Shown: positions 26,530-38,999 of the stretch, piece by piece
How the letters are laid out: every line of letters starts with the position of its first letter
How positions within the stretch are numbered: position 1 is the first letter of the stretch
Origin: Camelus ferus
Taxonomy: Eukaryota
Length of the DNA: 64,000 nucleotides
Direction of reading: 5' to 3'
Assembly: GCF_009834535.1 (NCBI RefSeq)
Contig: NC_045696.1
Location: 91,700,001-91,764,000, forward strand
Made by a program: the position numbers and the translations under genes
The notes under the pieces: model-generated
Database searches by the model: none
What the model was told of the DNA's origin: nothing
The model's input: only the letters and a program-made list of their open reading frames with translations

Positions 26530-27550
26530 CTCTCCTCTTTGGACACTTTTTTTCCTCAGAGTCTTTGGTAGTCCTCTCCAGTTTCCCTCCTACCTCACTA
26601 GATGTTCCTCCTCTGCCACCCTTGCGGGATTCTCCTCCTCCTTCCAGCCTCTGAAAGATGGAGTGTTCTCAGCCCTCTCCTCTATTACCTCATTCCCTGG
26701 GTGATCTCATTTAAGTATCAGCTGTTTGTAGATGTCTCCAAATCAGTATCTCTAGTCAGCCTTCCCCTGAACACACTGCCCATTCAACACTTCCACTTCA
26801 ATATCTGATATGCATATTGAGATTAATATGTCCCAAATCAAATTCTTGATATTCCTCCCCAATTGTATTCTTTACTAGTGTTTCCCGTCTCAGTAAATGT
26901 CACTTTCACCCACTCAGTTGTTGAGATTCCAAATTTTGGAGTTATCCTTGATCACATCATCCAACCCATCAGCAATTTCTGTTACATCTACCTTGAAAAT
27001 ATCTGGCCCCGTCTCACCTCTTTTACCACGATGACCATCATTGCTTTTATAGACCTTTTCAAGAGCCTTGTAATAGGTCTCTCTGCTTTCATTTTTGCCC
27101 CCCTCCTTCAACCTATTTTTCACACAGCAGTCAGAGTTTATCCCCTAAAAATAAGTCAGATCATATTGCTCCCTTGTTCAAAATTCCAAGTAGCTTTTCA
27201 TCACATTTAGAAAACAATCCAAAGTCCTACTGCAGCCCACAAACACGCCACATGAACTGGCCCCTCCAATCTTGCTTTCTATCCACCCTCCTTGCTCGCT
27301 AAGCTCCAGTAGTGCTCGCTGACTTCCTTGTGGTTTCTCCCAGGATGCTCCTTGCCACAGGGCCTTCACACTTCCTATTGGCTCTGCCTGGAATGTTCTG
27401 TTCCTCACTTTAGGTCTGCTTGAATATTGAGTCCTCTGACTACCCCATTTAATAGAGCACCTCTCCTTCATCCCTTTACCTGAATTACTATTTCTTCTTA
27501 GCATCTATTTAAAAACAACTACTTAAATTTTAGACGAATGCATGAACAAC
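26530..27550 (+). mobile_element. LINE-2 relic
   Basis: ccacagggccttcacactt...ctctgcctggaatgttct and a tgaa-type terminus. Confidence 0.75.
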
Positions 27551-27829
27551 TGTTTTAGGCACACAGATGTATACCTAAGCTTGCCTCTGGGATTCTCTGG
27601 GTTCATGGAGGAGCTCTCCTTTTATTCAGACTTGGAATAAATAGAAGTATGTCAGGCACCTGTCACTAAAGTTTAAGCTAGAATCTACTTTTTCTTCATT
27701 TTTTAAAAAAAATCTCCTTAAAGGCTCATATTCTGTTATTTGCTTTATCTATAACTTTCCTGGTTTGTCCTTTATCCTTTCCTCTGCCACCCTGTCAGGT
27801 CCTCTTTAAAATTTACTCCTTTCCATTAA

Positions 27830-30250
27830 TTTAAATTATTTTTAAAATTAAAGTAATACATTACATACAGTTAAAAATTTAAATAATACTATACAATTAT
27901 AATGAAAAAAAATCATTCCTTCACAGTTCCCAGTCCTGCCTCACAGGAACAACCATTTTCAGGTTTTTAAGGTGTCTCTTGTGATATTTATCTCTATGTT
28001 CCTAAATAATATCATTACACAGTATCTCATGGCTTTCCATTTTGAGGTTGTTTTCTACTGATTTCATAGAATGAAAGATGAGGAGTTATCTTCTTATTGC
28101 AACTCTTAACAGATGTTTCTCCTCCCCTATTAGGAGATATCTCTGCTCCCCTAGGGGAAATTCCTATCTCAATTTTATTGGGAAATCTTCCCAATTTATA
28201 TCACAAATTTTAGTCAAAACTATATTTCACCTTATATGATTATAGCGTATAAATATTATTCACATCTTAGCCATGCAGTGCACTGTGATTACCTTTCCTT
28301 TCTTGCACAGTTTCCTTCTAGAGTTTATTATTATCCCAGTCTTCATCTACTTCGTTGTCTAGGTGTTGATAACTAATGGTTATCTGTTTCACCAAACCCA
28401 CTTACAGAAGTGCAAATATACTCTCAACATGGTCAAGCACTCCGTGTAATCCATCAGCTTCTTATTTTTCAGATACACGCTTCTAAAATCCCTCTGTTCT
28501 TCTGCTAAACCCAGCCTGATTGTTTTCTAAATCTGCACTGCTGTAATTCTTGGATTTCTGCCCACCATGATCCTGGGGACTCCCTCTACCTCTCTCTTGT
28601 GTCAGAACACTCATTTCCTTATTCCTATGTCTTCTCCTTTCTTAGTTTACTCCTTCATTGTCGTGTCATGCATCCTCTAACGGCTTTCTGAGGAAGGCTG
28701 AAAAAGAAGTATCATTTTTGAGAACTCTAATAGCTGCAAATATTATTTGACACTTGGATTTGATTGATCATTTGCAGGATATAGAAACCTAGGTTGGAAA
28801 TAATTTTCCTTCAGAATTTGGAAGCCATTGTCTTCTATTTTCTACTGCTGCTGTAAAGAATTCTGAGGTCATTTTGATACCCAACCCTCTTTAAGTGATC
28901 TCTTTTTTTTTCTTGGAAGCTTATAAGTACTTATGTTTATCCTTAAGGTAATGATGGCTCATGATGCTGGGTGGACTCTTTCAATATAGAAAATACATGC
29001 CCTTCAGTGCCTGGAAAAATTCTTGAATTAGTTCCTGGATAGTTTTCTCCCTTCCATTTTCTCTGTCCTCTTTTTCTGGAACTCCTATTAGTGAGGTATT
29101 AGGTACCCTGGCTTGATCCTCTAATTTTCTTTTCTTCTCTCCATCTCTTTGCCTTTCCCTTCTACTTTCTGAGAAGATTTCTTCAGCTTTATCATCAAAG
29201 CCAAACATTAAATTTTTAACTTTCAATTCTTGTATTTTAATACTCATTCCTTTTCTTTTTTTATAGCCTCCTGTTTATTTCATGGATACAACATCTCTTT
29301 TCTCTCTAAGGATATTAATTATGCTCTTTTTTGAAGCTAACTTTTGCTTCCCGTGTTGTTTTATATTTGTTTCTTATGAGTTATTTTTTGCTTATTTGTT
29401 TGATCCTGATTTCTGTCTTTGATATTAGAGGTGTTCTTCAAATGACTGGGGATCCTTGGCTTTTCATGTTTAAAAATGAGTCTCCAAAATGTTCCTGGAA
29501 CCTCTGTGCGCCTAGGTAGGAGAGCTTATTGACTGGGATATGTCTCAGTGGGTAGATGGGACATGGATATAACACTTCATTAAGAGACCCCAATTGTCAG
29601 TGTCCATAGTTTTCTGGCTACTGACACGTAAGCCTGGTTGTCCATGTTCTGGGAAGTGAGCGGGTGACTTGGACTCGGAGGTCTCACTCTGTAATATACA
29701 GACTTTACTCCAGCTCTTGCCTTATCCCATACGCTGCTGCTGTATATTACTTAGGTCCAAAGACCCTGGCATTCAGTTTTTCTAGAATCTAGACCTTGGG
29801 TATCCGGCCAGGATGGTGGGTGGAGGCTGCTTGAGGGGTTAGAGAGGGCATCCAAGCACTTATTTGCTCCTTTTACAATCATTCAAACAGTCCTGTTTTC
29901 GGATCCACTCTTTTCTCCCTCTTTCAGAGGTATCTGGTGTCCCCAATTCCTGAGTCTTCCCAGTGTCATGTCACGTGATTGAGTTTGCTCCTTTTAGGAT
30001 TCCAGCCACTCCTACACTCCTCACAGGCATTAGGTTTCCATATCCTACAGTCTGCTAATTACCTATTATCCATACCTTGCTTTCCATTTTCCAAAATTTG
30101 GTCAACACATCTTTTTCATCTAGTGTCACCTCTTTTCTTGTTCTCTTCCTTATGGATTTATTCCTTTTTTATTAATTTACTGTCATTTTAGTGGTGTTTT
30201 GGGACAGAAGGAGAGATAAACATATGCATTCAATTCTGCATGTTTAACTA
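27830..30250 (-). mobile_element. Ancient L1M (L1ME-like) relic incl. ORF1 region
   Basis: ORF1-like remnant LIGVPEKEDRENGREKTIQELIQEFF (ORF 28981..29247); T-rich strand bias. Confidence 0.7.
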
Positions 30251-31496
30251 AGAGCATTCCCTTCTAGTTTTGAATATCTTTCATCTTCATTAGCTAGCTA
30301 GCTACAGGAACTGGTAGAACTGAAAACTTCTGCCCCTTATGTTTTCCTTATCTATAGTCTTAAGACAACAAAAATACTGAACTCTCTGTACTGGCTTTCC
30401 TTTGATAGTTGTACACAAATTGTGTTTTGAATTTATCACACTCTTCCTCTGGATCACAAGGCTCCTAACAGTGGGGCCATGCTGTCTTGACAGGACTCAC
30501 ATGGAGCTGGCAGGAAGCAAAACTGCAGCAAGAAGCACGTGATCTATTTTAACCTGATTTTAAATGACAATGCCCTGTTCTTTAATATACTATGTTTCTT
30601 TTCTGACTTTTTTTTTTTTTTAATGTTCTAATTTTTTATGTCTGTGTCTTCTCCCTATGAAGAATTTTCAGGAGGCTCCTTCCCACATTTCCATTTCCCA
30701 TACAGTTTTCTTTTCCATTTTCTTTCCTGTTACTGACCTGCATCTTTTGTTGCTGCACCTTCTCAATCCTTGTTTCTGTGGCAGCCTCCACTAATCCCTG
30801 CTCCATGCAGGAATGTCCATTCTGTCCTTCAGAGGCTATGGCTTTCCTTCTATCCTTGAGAACTTCCTTTATACAATTAAAAACAAAGTTCTACCTATTC
30901 TCTGGCCTCTTGAATGAGAGCAGGGCTTTCTTCCCCTTAATTAGCTTCCTTCTTAGACTATTAATTTATCTTCTTTCTAATGGGAATTTGTTCTCCACTT
31001 AAATGAGGCTTTTCTCCTCCAGAACCTGAGAAATTTCAAGTGTCCGGAATGCACCATCACAAAAAAAGTAGTGCTTTTCACTTTACATGCTAACAACCTC
31101 TATTCTTTCTGGCTCATAGCTCCTGTGACTTGTATTAGCTCATTTCCTATTTTTATAAGAATATTCTGGACTTCACATTATTCACCAGAGAAGCAGCCTT
31201 AATTATTTACTCTCACAGTTCAGTTGTAATTATTTAACTTCTAATGGAAAGTCTACCCCCTGGCATGTCTTTAGGTAACTTTACTTTTGGGATGATTCTT
31301 TGCTATTCCCCAGTAATGATCCATGATCATTTATATACCAACTCAGTGTTTTGTATCGTTCAAGAGTCCACATTAAAAAATTATTTTTTGCATCTCTAAG
31401 TGGCTTCCTTTTACAACTAAGAAGCAGGAAGAACCCCAGTGTACTTCTTTAGTGTGCCAGTCTAGTTTTTCTTGCCAAAATTACCTTCAGGGGCCC

Positions 31497-32088
31497 TGAG
31501 ACTGGTAGCCTCTAAAATGGCCCCCAGTTACCCCCACCCTCTTGCTGTTTACACCCCCGTGCAATCCTTTTGTGTTGAGTGTGGGTGGGACTTGTTGACT
31601 CATTTCTAATGAGTAGAAAGTAGCAAAAGCAATGGGATGAGGTTAGGTTACAAAAAGACTGTGGCTTCTATCCTGGGCACCTTCTCTTGTACTCTCTCAT
31701 TCTGACTTGCTTGCTCTGAGGGAAGCCAGCTGCCACACTGCCAGCTCTTCTGTGGAGAGGTTCATGTTGGAATAAACTGAGGGGGGGCCTCTAACCAATA
31801 GCCAGCACTGAATTGAGGCTCTCAGCCCAGTATCTGTGAGGAAATAGATCTTGCTAACAACCACATCACTGAGCTTGGAAGCCAACCCTCCCCCAGTTGA
31901 GCCTTTAAATGATACTGTAGCCCCAATACCCTAACACCAACTTCATGAGAGGCCTTGAGCAAGAGGCACACAGCTAAGTCCCACATTCAGATCCCTGACG
32001 CTTAGAAACTATGAGATAATAGATAGTTGTTGTTTAAAGCCACTGAATTTGATGATCATTTGTTATGCAACAATAGATAACTAATGCA
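31497..32088 (+). mobile_element. MaLR solo LTR (MLT1F-like)
   Basis: gcctctaaaatggccccca...ttgttatgcaacaatagataactaatgca. Confidence 0.85.
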
Positions 32089-32530
32089 AGCCCTTAAGTC
32101 TAATTTTTTAACTTTTAGTCTATGCTTTTTATATAAGTTTCTTTTTAAGTTAATCTTTCTTCTGATGTCAATTTAATCACTCACATAATATTTCCTTTAA
32201 ACTTCTCTTTGAGAGAAAGGAATGGCAGTTGTCAGTCTTATTCATAATTGCATATTGATGCAATTCATTTCATAATTATAATTAAGGCACAAACTTTTTA
32301 TTTTGGCTTATAATTTAAATATAGCAAGAACATGGTATATTTTTAATAATCAATATTACTACTAGCACTTTCCTTTTATTAAGATGCCAATAAAACCAAC
32401 AAGAATATTACTTGTCACTAACATTCAGAATCTTCTTTCATTTGCCTTTATTTGCTATACTGTCATAGATGGAACCACAGATTCTAATGTGACAATATTC
32501 TAATTCTAGGTTATTGAAGAATTGCTCCAC

Positions 32531-32840
32531 TGTCTTATTAATCAGTTTGGGCTGCTATAACAAAATTCCAGAGTCTAGGTGGCTCAGACAGCACAGTTTT
32601 GGAGGCTGGGAAGTCCAAGATCAAGGTGAGGTGCCTGCTTCCTCATTCATAGACAGCCATCCTCTCGCTGTGTCCTCACATGGTAGAAGGGGCGAGGAAG
32701 CTCTTTCATAAGGGCACCAAGCCCACTCCTCTCTCATGACAGAATCACCTTCCAAAGTCCCACCTCTACATATCATCACATCGTGGATTAGAGTTCAACA
32801 TATAAATCTGGGGGGACACACCAACATTCAATCCATAGCA
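32531..32840 (-). mobile_element. MaLR solo LTR (MLT1A-like)
   Basis: TG...CA termini with 5-bp TSD tccac (32526-32530, 32841-32845). Confidence 0.88.
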
Positions 32841-33169
32841 TCCACAATTCCTAAGCTGCTCAGCAGTTCAGAAATAAGACTTTGTTAGGGAAAAAAATTT
32901 TCAAATCAGAATAAGCCTACTCCAGTTTAAATAAAAACATTGCTGAAATAATCATGCATACATAGGAAAGAAGACCAATACGTGTAAGTTGTAAGTTTAA
33001 GTTGACAGAAAAATAAAACCCCAAGGAATAGTTACATTTAAAATATATGTCCAAAATATTAACTTAAACAGCAAGTGCTCTAAAAGTTTCCTTGGCAAAG
33101 ATTTAATGTCAAAACAAATAAGACATAAATATATAAAGATTTCTAATCTTAGAGGTTTTAAATCATCAT

Positions 33170-33345
33170 TTGTAACAGTAGAACTGGCTGAGGAAACCTT
33201 AGAGATTATGTAGTTCAATGTCTTATTCATTTTACAGAAAAGGAAGCCAGGTCTAGAGAGGTTAAGTGCCTGCCTAGTTAAGGACAGAGCCAGGATATGA
33301 CCCCAGGTCTCTGACTAACAGTCTAGGAGCCTTTGCATGACAAGC
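33170..33345 (-). mobile_element. MIR SINE
   Basis: cattttacaga.aaggaa...agagaggttaagtg.c.tgcc...cagagccaggat.tga.cccaggtct. Confidence 0.75.
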
Positions 33346-33435
33346 TGCCTTTCATGTTTTTGTTTGTTCATTTGTTTTTTGAAAGAATATACAACTCATT
33401 CACTGATTGTAATGGTTCTATCATCTGCTTCCTAC

Positions 33436-33735
33436 CTCTTCCTGGGACTGGTTGAATTTTTGTATCAGTTGTGTTTGTGCCAGCATCACTCTTTCCAGTT
33501 CATCTGACTTCTGTTTCATTTCCTTCCTCAAGTCCTCTGAAACGGAATCATTACTGTCAATTTCCTTCTTCAAGTGTGATTCAAACTCTGCAAGCAAATT
33601 TTTAAGGTTTTCAATTTCTTTCTCCTTTGACTTGGATTCTTCAGTATATTGAATATGAGATTCATGGAGTTTTTCTTCAAGAGTGGCCACTTTCAGCCTT
33701 AGGTCTCTAGTGGCACCTTTGATTAAGTCAGATAC
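33436..33735 (-). CDS. LEKR1: LEKR1 penultimate coding exon (300 nt, 100 codons; VSDLIKGATRDLRLKVATLEEK...QKFNQSQEE)
   Basis: Acceptor tttatcttacag|GTA, donor GAG|gtagga. Phase 0-0. Overlaps ORF 33421..33690. Confidence 0.93.
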
Positions 33736-33890
33736 CTGTAAGATAAATCTTGCATTAGTTTGTAGGCAATATTCTCTAGGTAACCACAGAGTTCTCGTGG
33801 TTTTAAGAGGCTTATTCTAAATAACTGGTGTTCTCTTCTAATCAGATGAAAGCAAATTCTATGACATGTAGGCCTTCAAGATTTTCTTTT

Positions 33891-34549
33891 TATGTATGTA
33901 TGTATTTATTTATTGAGTAAAAGTAGATTTATTCAGAGAGATACTCCATAGACAGAGTACAGGCCATCTCAGAAGGCCAGAGAGGCCATGAGGTGCAGGG
34001 TTGGGTGCTTAGTTTAAAGTAAAAGTAGATACACACTCCATAGAGTGCGGTCTGTCTCACTTAGAAAGGAAAGTGGCCACAAGGTGTGGGGCTTGTTTAT
34101 GGGCTTGGTAACTTCATAAGCTAACAAGTGGAAGGATTATTCCAACTACTTTGGGGAAGGGGCAGGGATTCCCAGGAACTGGGCCATCACCCACTTTTTG
34201 ACCTTTTACGGTCAGCCCTCAGAACTGTCATGGCACCTGTGGGTGTGTCACGTCCCATGCTAATATAATACAATGAGCGTATAATGAAGCTCAAAGTCTA
34301 CTAGAAGTCAGATCTCCAACCATCTTGGGCCTCAAGGTCTATTGGGGGTTTACTTTTCTGCCATCTTGGTGCTAACTGCTGTGTCATTCCTTTTTTGGCT
34401 GTGCCCTGCCCCATTCTTTCCTGTCTCATTCTCCCCTCAGAGATTTAACTCCTAAATGCTTATAGGGCTGCAGAGGGGTGGAGGTCCATCTTCCATCACT
34501 GTTTTAGAGCTGAGTAGGGGCATTGGCCCTGCCTATCATGGAGTAAAAA
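33891..34549 (-). mobile_element. L1-retroposed ERV1-class RNA: 3' internal piece + PPT + LTR U3-R (MER41-like), poly(A)-derived tail
   Basis: PPT GAGGGGAGAA (34438-34429) abuts TGAGACAGG (LTR start 34428). AATAAA at 33933-33928, then (TAAA/TACA)n tail. 14-bp TSD caaga(t/a)tttctttt at 33877-33890 and 34550-34563. Confidence 0.82.
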
Positions 34550-34882
34550 CAAGAATTTCTTTTCAAAAGTTAAGACTAAAATTTTATTTTTTTTCACCTA
34601 AAATGGCATTGCATTAGTCACTTGGGCATACTTGGAAATATACAAATCTCTGTGGCTGAACTGGGCTACCAAGGACAACTCAAGCCTTAATCAAAAGTGT
34701 CTTGTCTGGACCACTCTAGAGTAGCTTTGGGACCTAGAAATGCCTAATATTTGGGGATGCATGTAGGAGAGCATCACAGTTACAGTCTACTCAAACCATA
34801 CCGATGAGTTTTCCTTTGATGTATTTCTTTTCTTTCTTGAATGTGATGACTGGAGACACCCTAGATAGTATATCTTCTAGAG

Positions 34883-35257
34883 CAGCACTGACCAGCAGAA
34901 CTTTCTGTGATGATAGAAATATTCTGTGCTGTTCTGTATGGTAGCCACTAGCCACGTGAGACTATCGTTGGTGGTGTGCTGGTAAATGTTTAACAATGGA
35001 CTCACACACACACACAAGCCAGTTTTATATCCAGTTTCCATGGTGTAAATACTGTCACTAAAGCCAGTTCCAAGTTATGAAGGTGACATCACTGAGTTGG
35101 AAAGAAATGCACACAATAGACTCTTGCTTCCTCGTACTGGCTGTTGAGCACTCAAAATGTGGCTAAAGTGACTGAGGAACTGAATTTTTCATTTTAATTA
35201 ATTTTAATTAGCTGAAACTTAAGGAGACCCATGTGGCTCCCGTATTAGACCATGCAG
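34883..35257. mobile_element. MER3 (hAT-Charlie MITE) with nested MER63A-like element (~34969-35140)
   Basis: Perfect 8-bp TSD ttctagag (34875-34882, 35258-35265); inner gtggtgtgctggtaaatgtttaacaa is the MER63 terminus. Confidence 0.85.
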
Positions 35258-36029
35258 TTCTAGAGGATACCAGAATCATTTGAAAATATACTTCTTCTCA
35301 AGATGGTACCTCTAGACAAAGAGATAAGAGAATAACTTGGAGAAGCTTCTCCTCAAAGTCATGAAAGTCTTTAGAAGGGAAAAGACTGCTTGTTTTCTTT
35401 CTCCTTAAAAAAACAAAGAACAAAAAACAGGCCAGGAAGAGCAAAGCTGCTTCTGATGAAACATATCCTTATTATTCATGCTATGGATATTGTCATAGCA
35501 TGTCATGCTATAGGATATTGTCACTAATAAATATTAGTACAACAAGAAAAGCAGCCCATGAAGAATCTGGAAAACATTCATAGACCAAAGTTCCAAGGAT
35601 TTTGTGAACTACTGCTTAAGAGTTGTGTATCCAAAATCTGTTTCAAATGTTAAATTTACATTAACAATAACTTTTACAAGAAATCTATTCACCATACTTA
35701 GTAATTTTATAAATTAAATTAAGATTCCTCTTTCTTCCATTAATCCAGGAACGAAGAGGGTCACTGCTAGGTCTGAACAGTAGTTGCGATAATCCAGAGG
35801 AGGGCTGACACTGGAACAGAGCAGGTTACCCTTGGGAGAGGAGGCTCACATAGCCACAAACATGTTTTCATGTTTTTAAAAAGGGAGTCAACATTGAAAA
35901 AATCAAGGGAATTCACTCACTGAATCTGGATTTATGACTTCTTGTGAAAAAATTGCAGCCCCTGGCAAGTTGGGGCCTGCCTTTCAGCACGCCCCTGCTG
36001 ACAGTCCTGAGCCACCCAGGACTGCAACA

Positions 36030-36321
36030 GAGGTCACAATGTGAGGGGAGGAGGGGGCAGGGGCAGGAGCCAGGAAGCAAGAGGCCTGTCTAGGACAGAG
36101 CCTGTCCAGAAGAGGTGGGGCCTTGCCTGAGCCCAGGTTACCAGCTCCCAGCACATGCTCCATTGTCCCAGTAGGACTTCACTTACAAAACATAAATCTG
36201 AAGATAAAATTATTAAGAATTTCAAGACAGCATTTGCAGAGCATTAAACCTGAAGCACGAGGCCTTTCTGAGTGGGGCCCTGTGACGCTGCACTTGTCAC
36301 ATACTCAGGCAGCTGGTCCTG
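36030..36321 (-). mobile_element. MER45C-like fragment (adjacent to a MER102-like hAT piece ~35830-36030)
   Basis: Reverse complement is similar to the left part of 51886-52462 (ttgtccca...cacttacaaaaca...aagataaaattattaagaattt). Confidence 0.7.
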
Positions 36322-36473
36322 CCTCTTGTTCACAGTCAGCTACTGAAAAGACTGTACCACAACCTCTGGACACCAAAGTAGGGGCTAGTTAAGTCTCATT
36401 TGGTGTTTAATTTACACAGACTCTTAACGAGTTTATTCAAAATATGGCTTCACCACTGGGTCTTGGTTAACAT

Positions 36474-36497
36474 ACACACACACACACACACACACAT
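36474..36497. repeat. (CA)n microsatellite
   Basis: Read directly from the sequence. Confidence 0.9.
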
Positions 36498-37020
36498 TCT
36501 ATGCTCAAGTCTGATAAAAATAGGGGAAACTTGACCAACACTTAATTTTAAGTTTAGGACACATTGTTTAAGAAATTATGGAGGTGTGACTACATTTAAA
36601 AATACTACCCTTCATTCAAAAATATTTAGAATTGAAAATATTTGTAATTAAAGGGGATAGGCTTTAGTGGTTGATAAACTTTTAATTATGTAAAACACCT
36701 CATTATCTTTTCATGTTAGATATTTGAGGAATTGGAATATCTAACCATGCTAATTATTAGTTATATAATTATGCTGTTTTAAAAATAAGTTTATTTTAGT
36801 AGGAAAAAATTCCATACACAGCTGGATTGTATGCTTATATAATTTATCTCAGTTATTCATTCTGGAGAATAGGCAAACCATCCTACCTCCCTAAAACTAA
36901 GGCACAATGACTATGAGGTAAGCTTCTGGATTTATAACTACAGTAGTGCTCCTAGGAGGAGATAACCAACATCTATAGTTTTAAACCCCTTAAATAATGA
37001 TAAACATCATAATGACAGAC

Positions 37021-37185
37021 CTTCATTTGTAGCTCCTCTTGTTCTTTCTTATACTTTTGGATTATTTCTTGATGTTTTTCCTTTTCAATATCAAGTTCCA
37101 GTTTAGCTTCTTCCTTAAAGAGAAGAGCTTGCTCCTGAAATTCAACTAAATGTTGGGCCCTTTCCTTGGCGAGTTCAGCTTCAAT
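37021..37185 (-). CDS. LEKR1: LEKR1 internal coding exon (165 nt, 55 codons; IEAELAKERAQHLVEFQEQALLFKEEAKLELDIEKEKHQEIIQKYKKEQEELQMK)
   Basis: Acceptor gctgttttctag|ATT, donor AAG|gtctgt. Phase 0-0, no stops. Translated by hand; not in the ORF track. Confidence 0.92.
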
Positions 37186-37264
37186 CTAGAAAACAGCATT
37201 TAACACACATATAGAGCCATTTTACCTTAAGATAAGTAAACTGAGCTTATTTTCAACTTTAATA

Positions 37265-37460
37265 TTTTTCCTTCCAGTTTCTACTAGATATAATTGACAT
37301 GCAGCACTGTATAAGTTTACGGTGTACAGCATAAAGATTTGATTTATATATACCTGAAATGATTATCACAGTAAATTTAGTGAATATCATCATCCCATAT
37401 AAATACAAAATTAGAGAAATAAATTTTTTTTCTTGTGACGAGATCTTTTAGGATCTAATA
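37265..37460 (-). mobile_element. L1MA9-like 3' end fragment
   Basis: tataattgacat...cactgtataagtttacggtgtacagcat pattern typical of the L1MA 3' UTR. Confidence 0.7.
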
Positions 37461-37994
37461 ATTATTAAAAATTCTAATATTATTTTTAAAATTCTAATAT
37501 TTAAAAAAACCTGACTTAGAACTTGGTCCAGAAAAGTTGACCTTGGGACAAATATTCTTAGATTTTCTAAGATCTTCAAGACCTGCAGAATGAGTAGAGA
37601 AGGTAGGACACTATATTATAACAGTTTTCAGAGATTAAAAAAAAGCTTAGTCTTCTGTACATTTATAGTGTAAACTTAGTCCTTGGCAGGGACCATATAA
37701 GGAACAAAACATTGATTTTGAGGCTCATATACCAAGTTCCACTGGAAACTCAGAGTTGGATACAAGATACCAATGTTGATTTTTTAAAAATAGTCCTTTC
37801 TTGATGGAGACCAGAGACAGTTTTGGAGCCATAGATTATCATTTTAATGTGACTGAGGCCAGAAGGATGATTTAAGGAAAACACAGTCAGTGGCGCCTGT
37901 ATCTAGATTTTGACTCAGAATCACAGTGCTGGAAAAGACCTTAGAAATCCCCTAGTTCATTTTCTCAAGCTTCCATGAATTGTGGAAAGAATAA

Positions 37995-38180
37995 ACAAAG
38001 GCTTTGGATTCAGAGTTTAAATCCTGGCTCTAAATCCTGGCTCTGCCACTCTAGCTGTGTGATCTTAAGTTGTGACTATAATCTCTCCTGGTGGGGTTAT
38101 AACTATTTCCCTTGGGGGTCATTATGAGGATTAAATGAGATGAAACATCTGTGTGAAGCTTGAGCATGAGCAGGAATTCA
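37995..38180 (+). mobile_element. MIR SINE with internal 13-bp tandem duplication (taaatcctggctc x2)
   Basis: aaatcctggctctgccact.tagctgtgtga...tgaggattaaatgaga. Confidence 0.7.
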
Positions 38181-38999
38181 ATAGTCAGTGGAGATTACTT
38201 CTACACCGTGACTTAAGTCTCTACCATGGAATCTGCATCAAATGATTGTCTCTTCTGTGCCTCAACACCACTAGGAACCATAACTCACTCCTTCCCCAGC
38301 AGGCGTTTTCATTTTCAGACAGTGCTAAGCATTAGGAAGTTTTTCCTTTCGTTAAGCCAACATGTCTTTCCCTGTGCTTTTTAACCATTGGTTTTGGCTC
38401 AGCCTACTAGAGCAAGACAGAGAACAAATCTATGAGTACTGGAGTCATTCAGGTCTAGGAGTTCAACTAGTGAGATTAGAGAAGCGATCCCAGTGACAGG
38501 CTGGCTCTAAATTTATGTTGTGCCATGATTATAAATTCTAAGAGAGAGTAAATGCCAGACAACTAGGGAGAAAAAATGCTAAACCTGACTTACTGTGACT
38601 GTGACTCTCACGCCACTAAGAGGAGAAGGAGAGAGATCAACTTAAATTTCTCAAGGGAACACTGAAACCATGGTACCAGGAAACAGAAAGTTTGCTAAGT
38701 TTGCAGAAAGCCCTTTAAATTACATAAAATGCAGATAGGAGACTAGCCCCAGTGTGGGGTCAATGGGGTTTACTGCACTGGGTGTAGGACTAAGCATTTG
38801 CCTCAAGGCAAAACAATTAACTTTTATACTCAATGCACAGAGTTATTTTGGCTCTCTCAAAAATAAATTTCTGGATTGTTTGGGGGAAAGGATACTGAAA
38901 ATCATTTAGGACATGATAGAATTGTTCAGATGTATTGCTATCCGACTACAAAAGACGAGGAAAGCCTCAGGGTACTCAGAAAAGAGCAGATGTTCTTCT

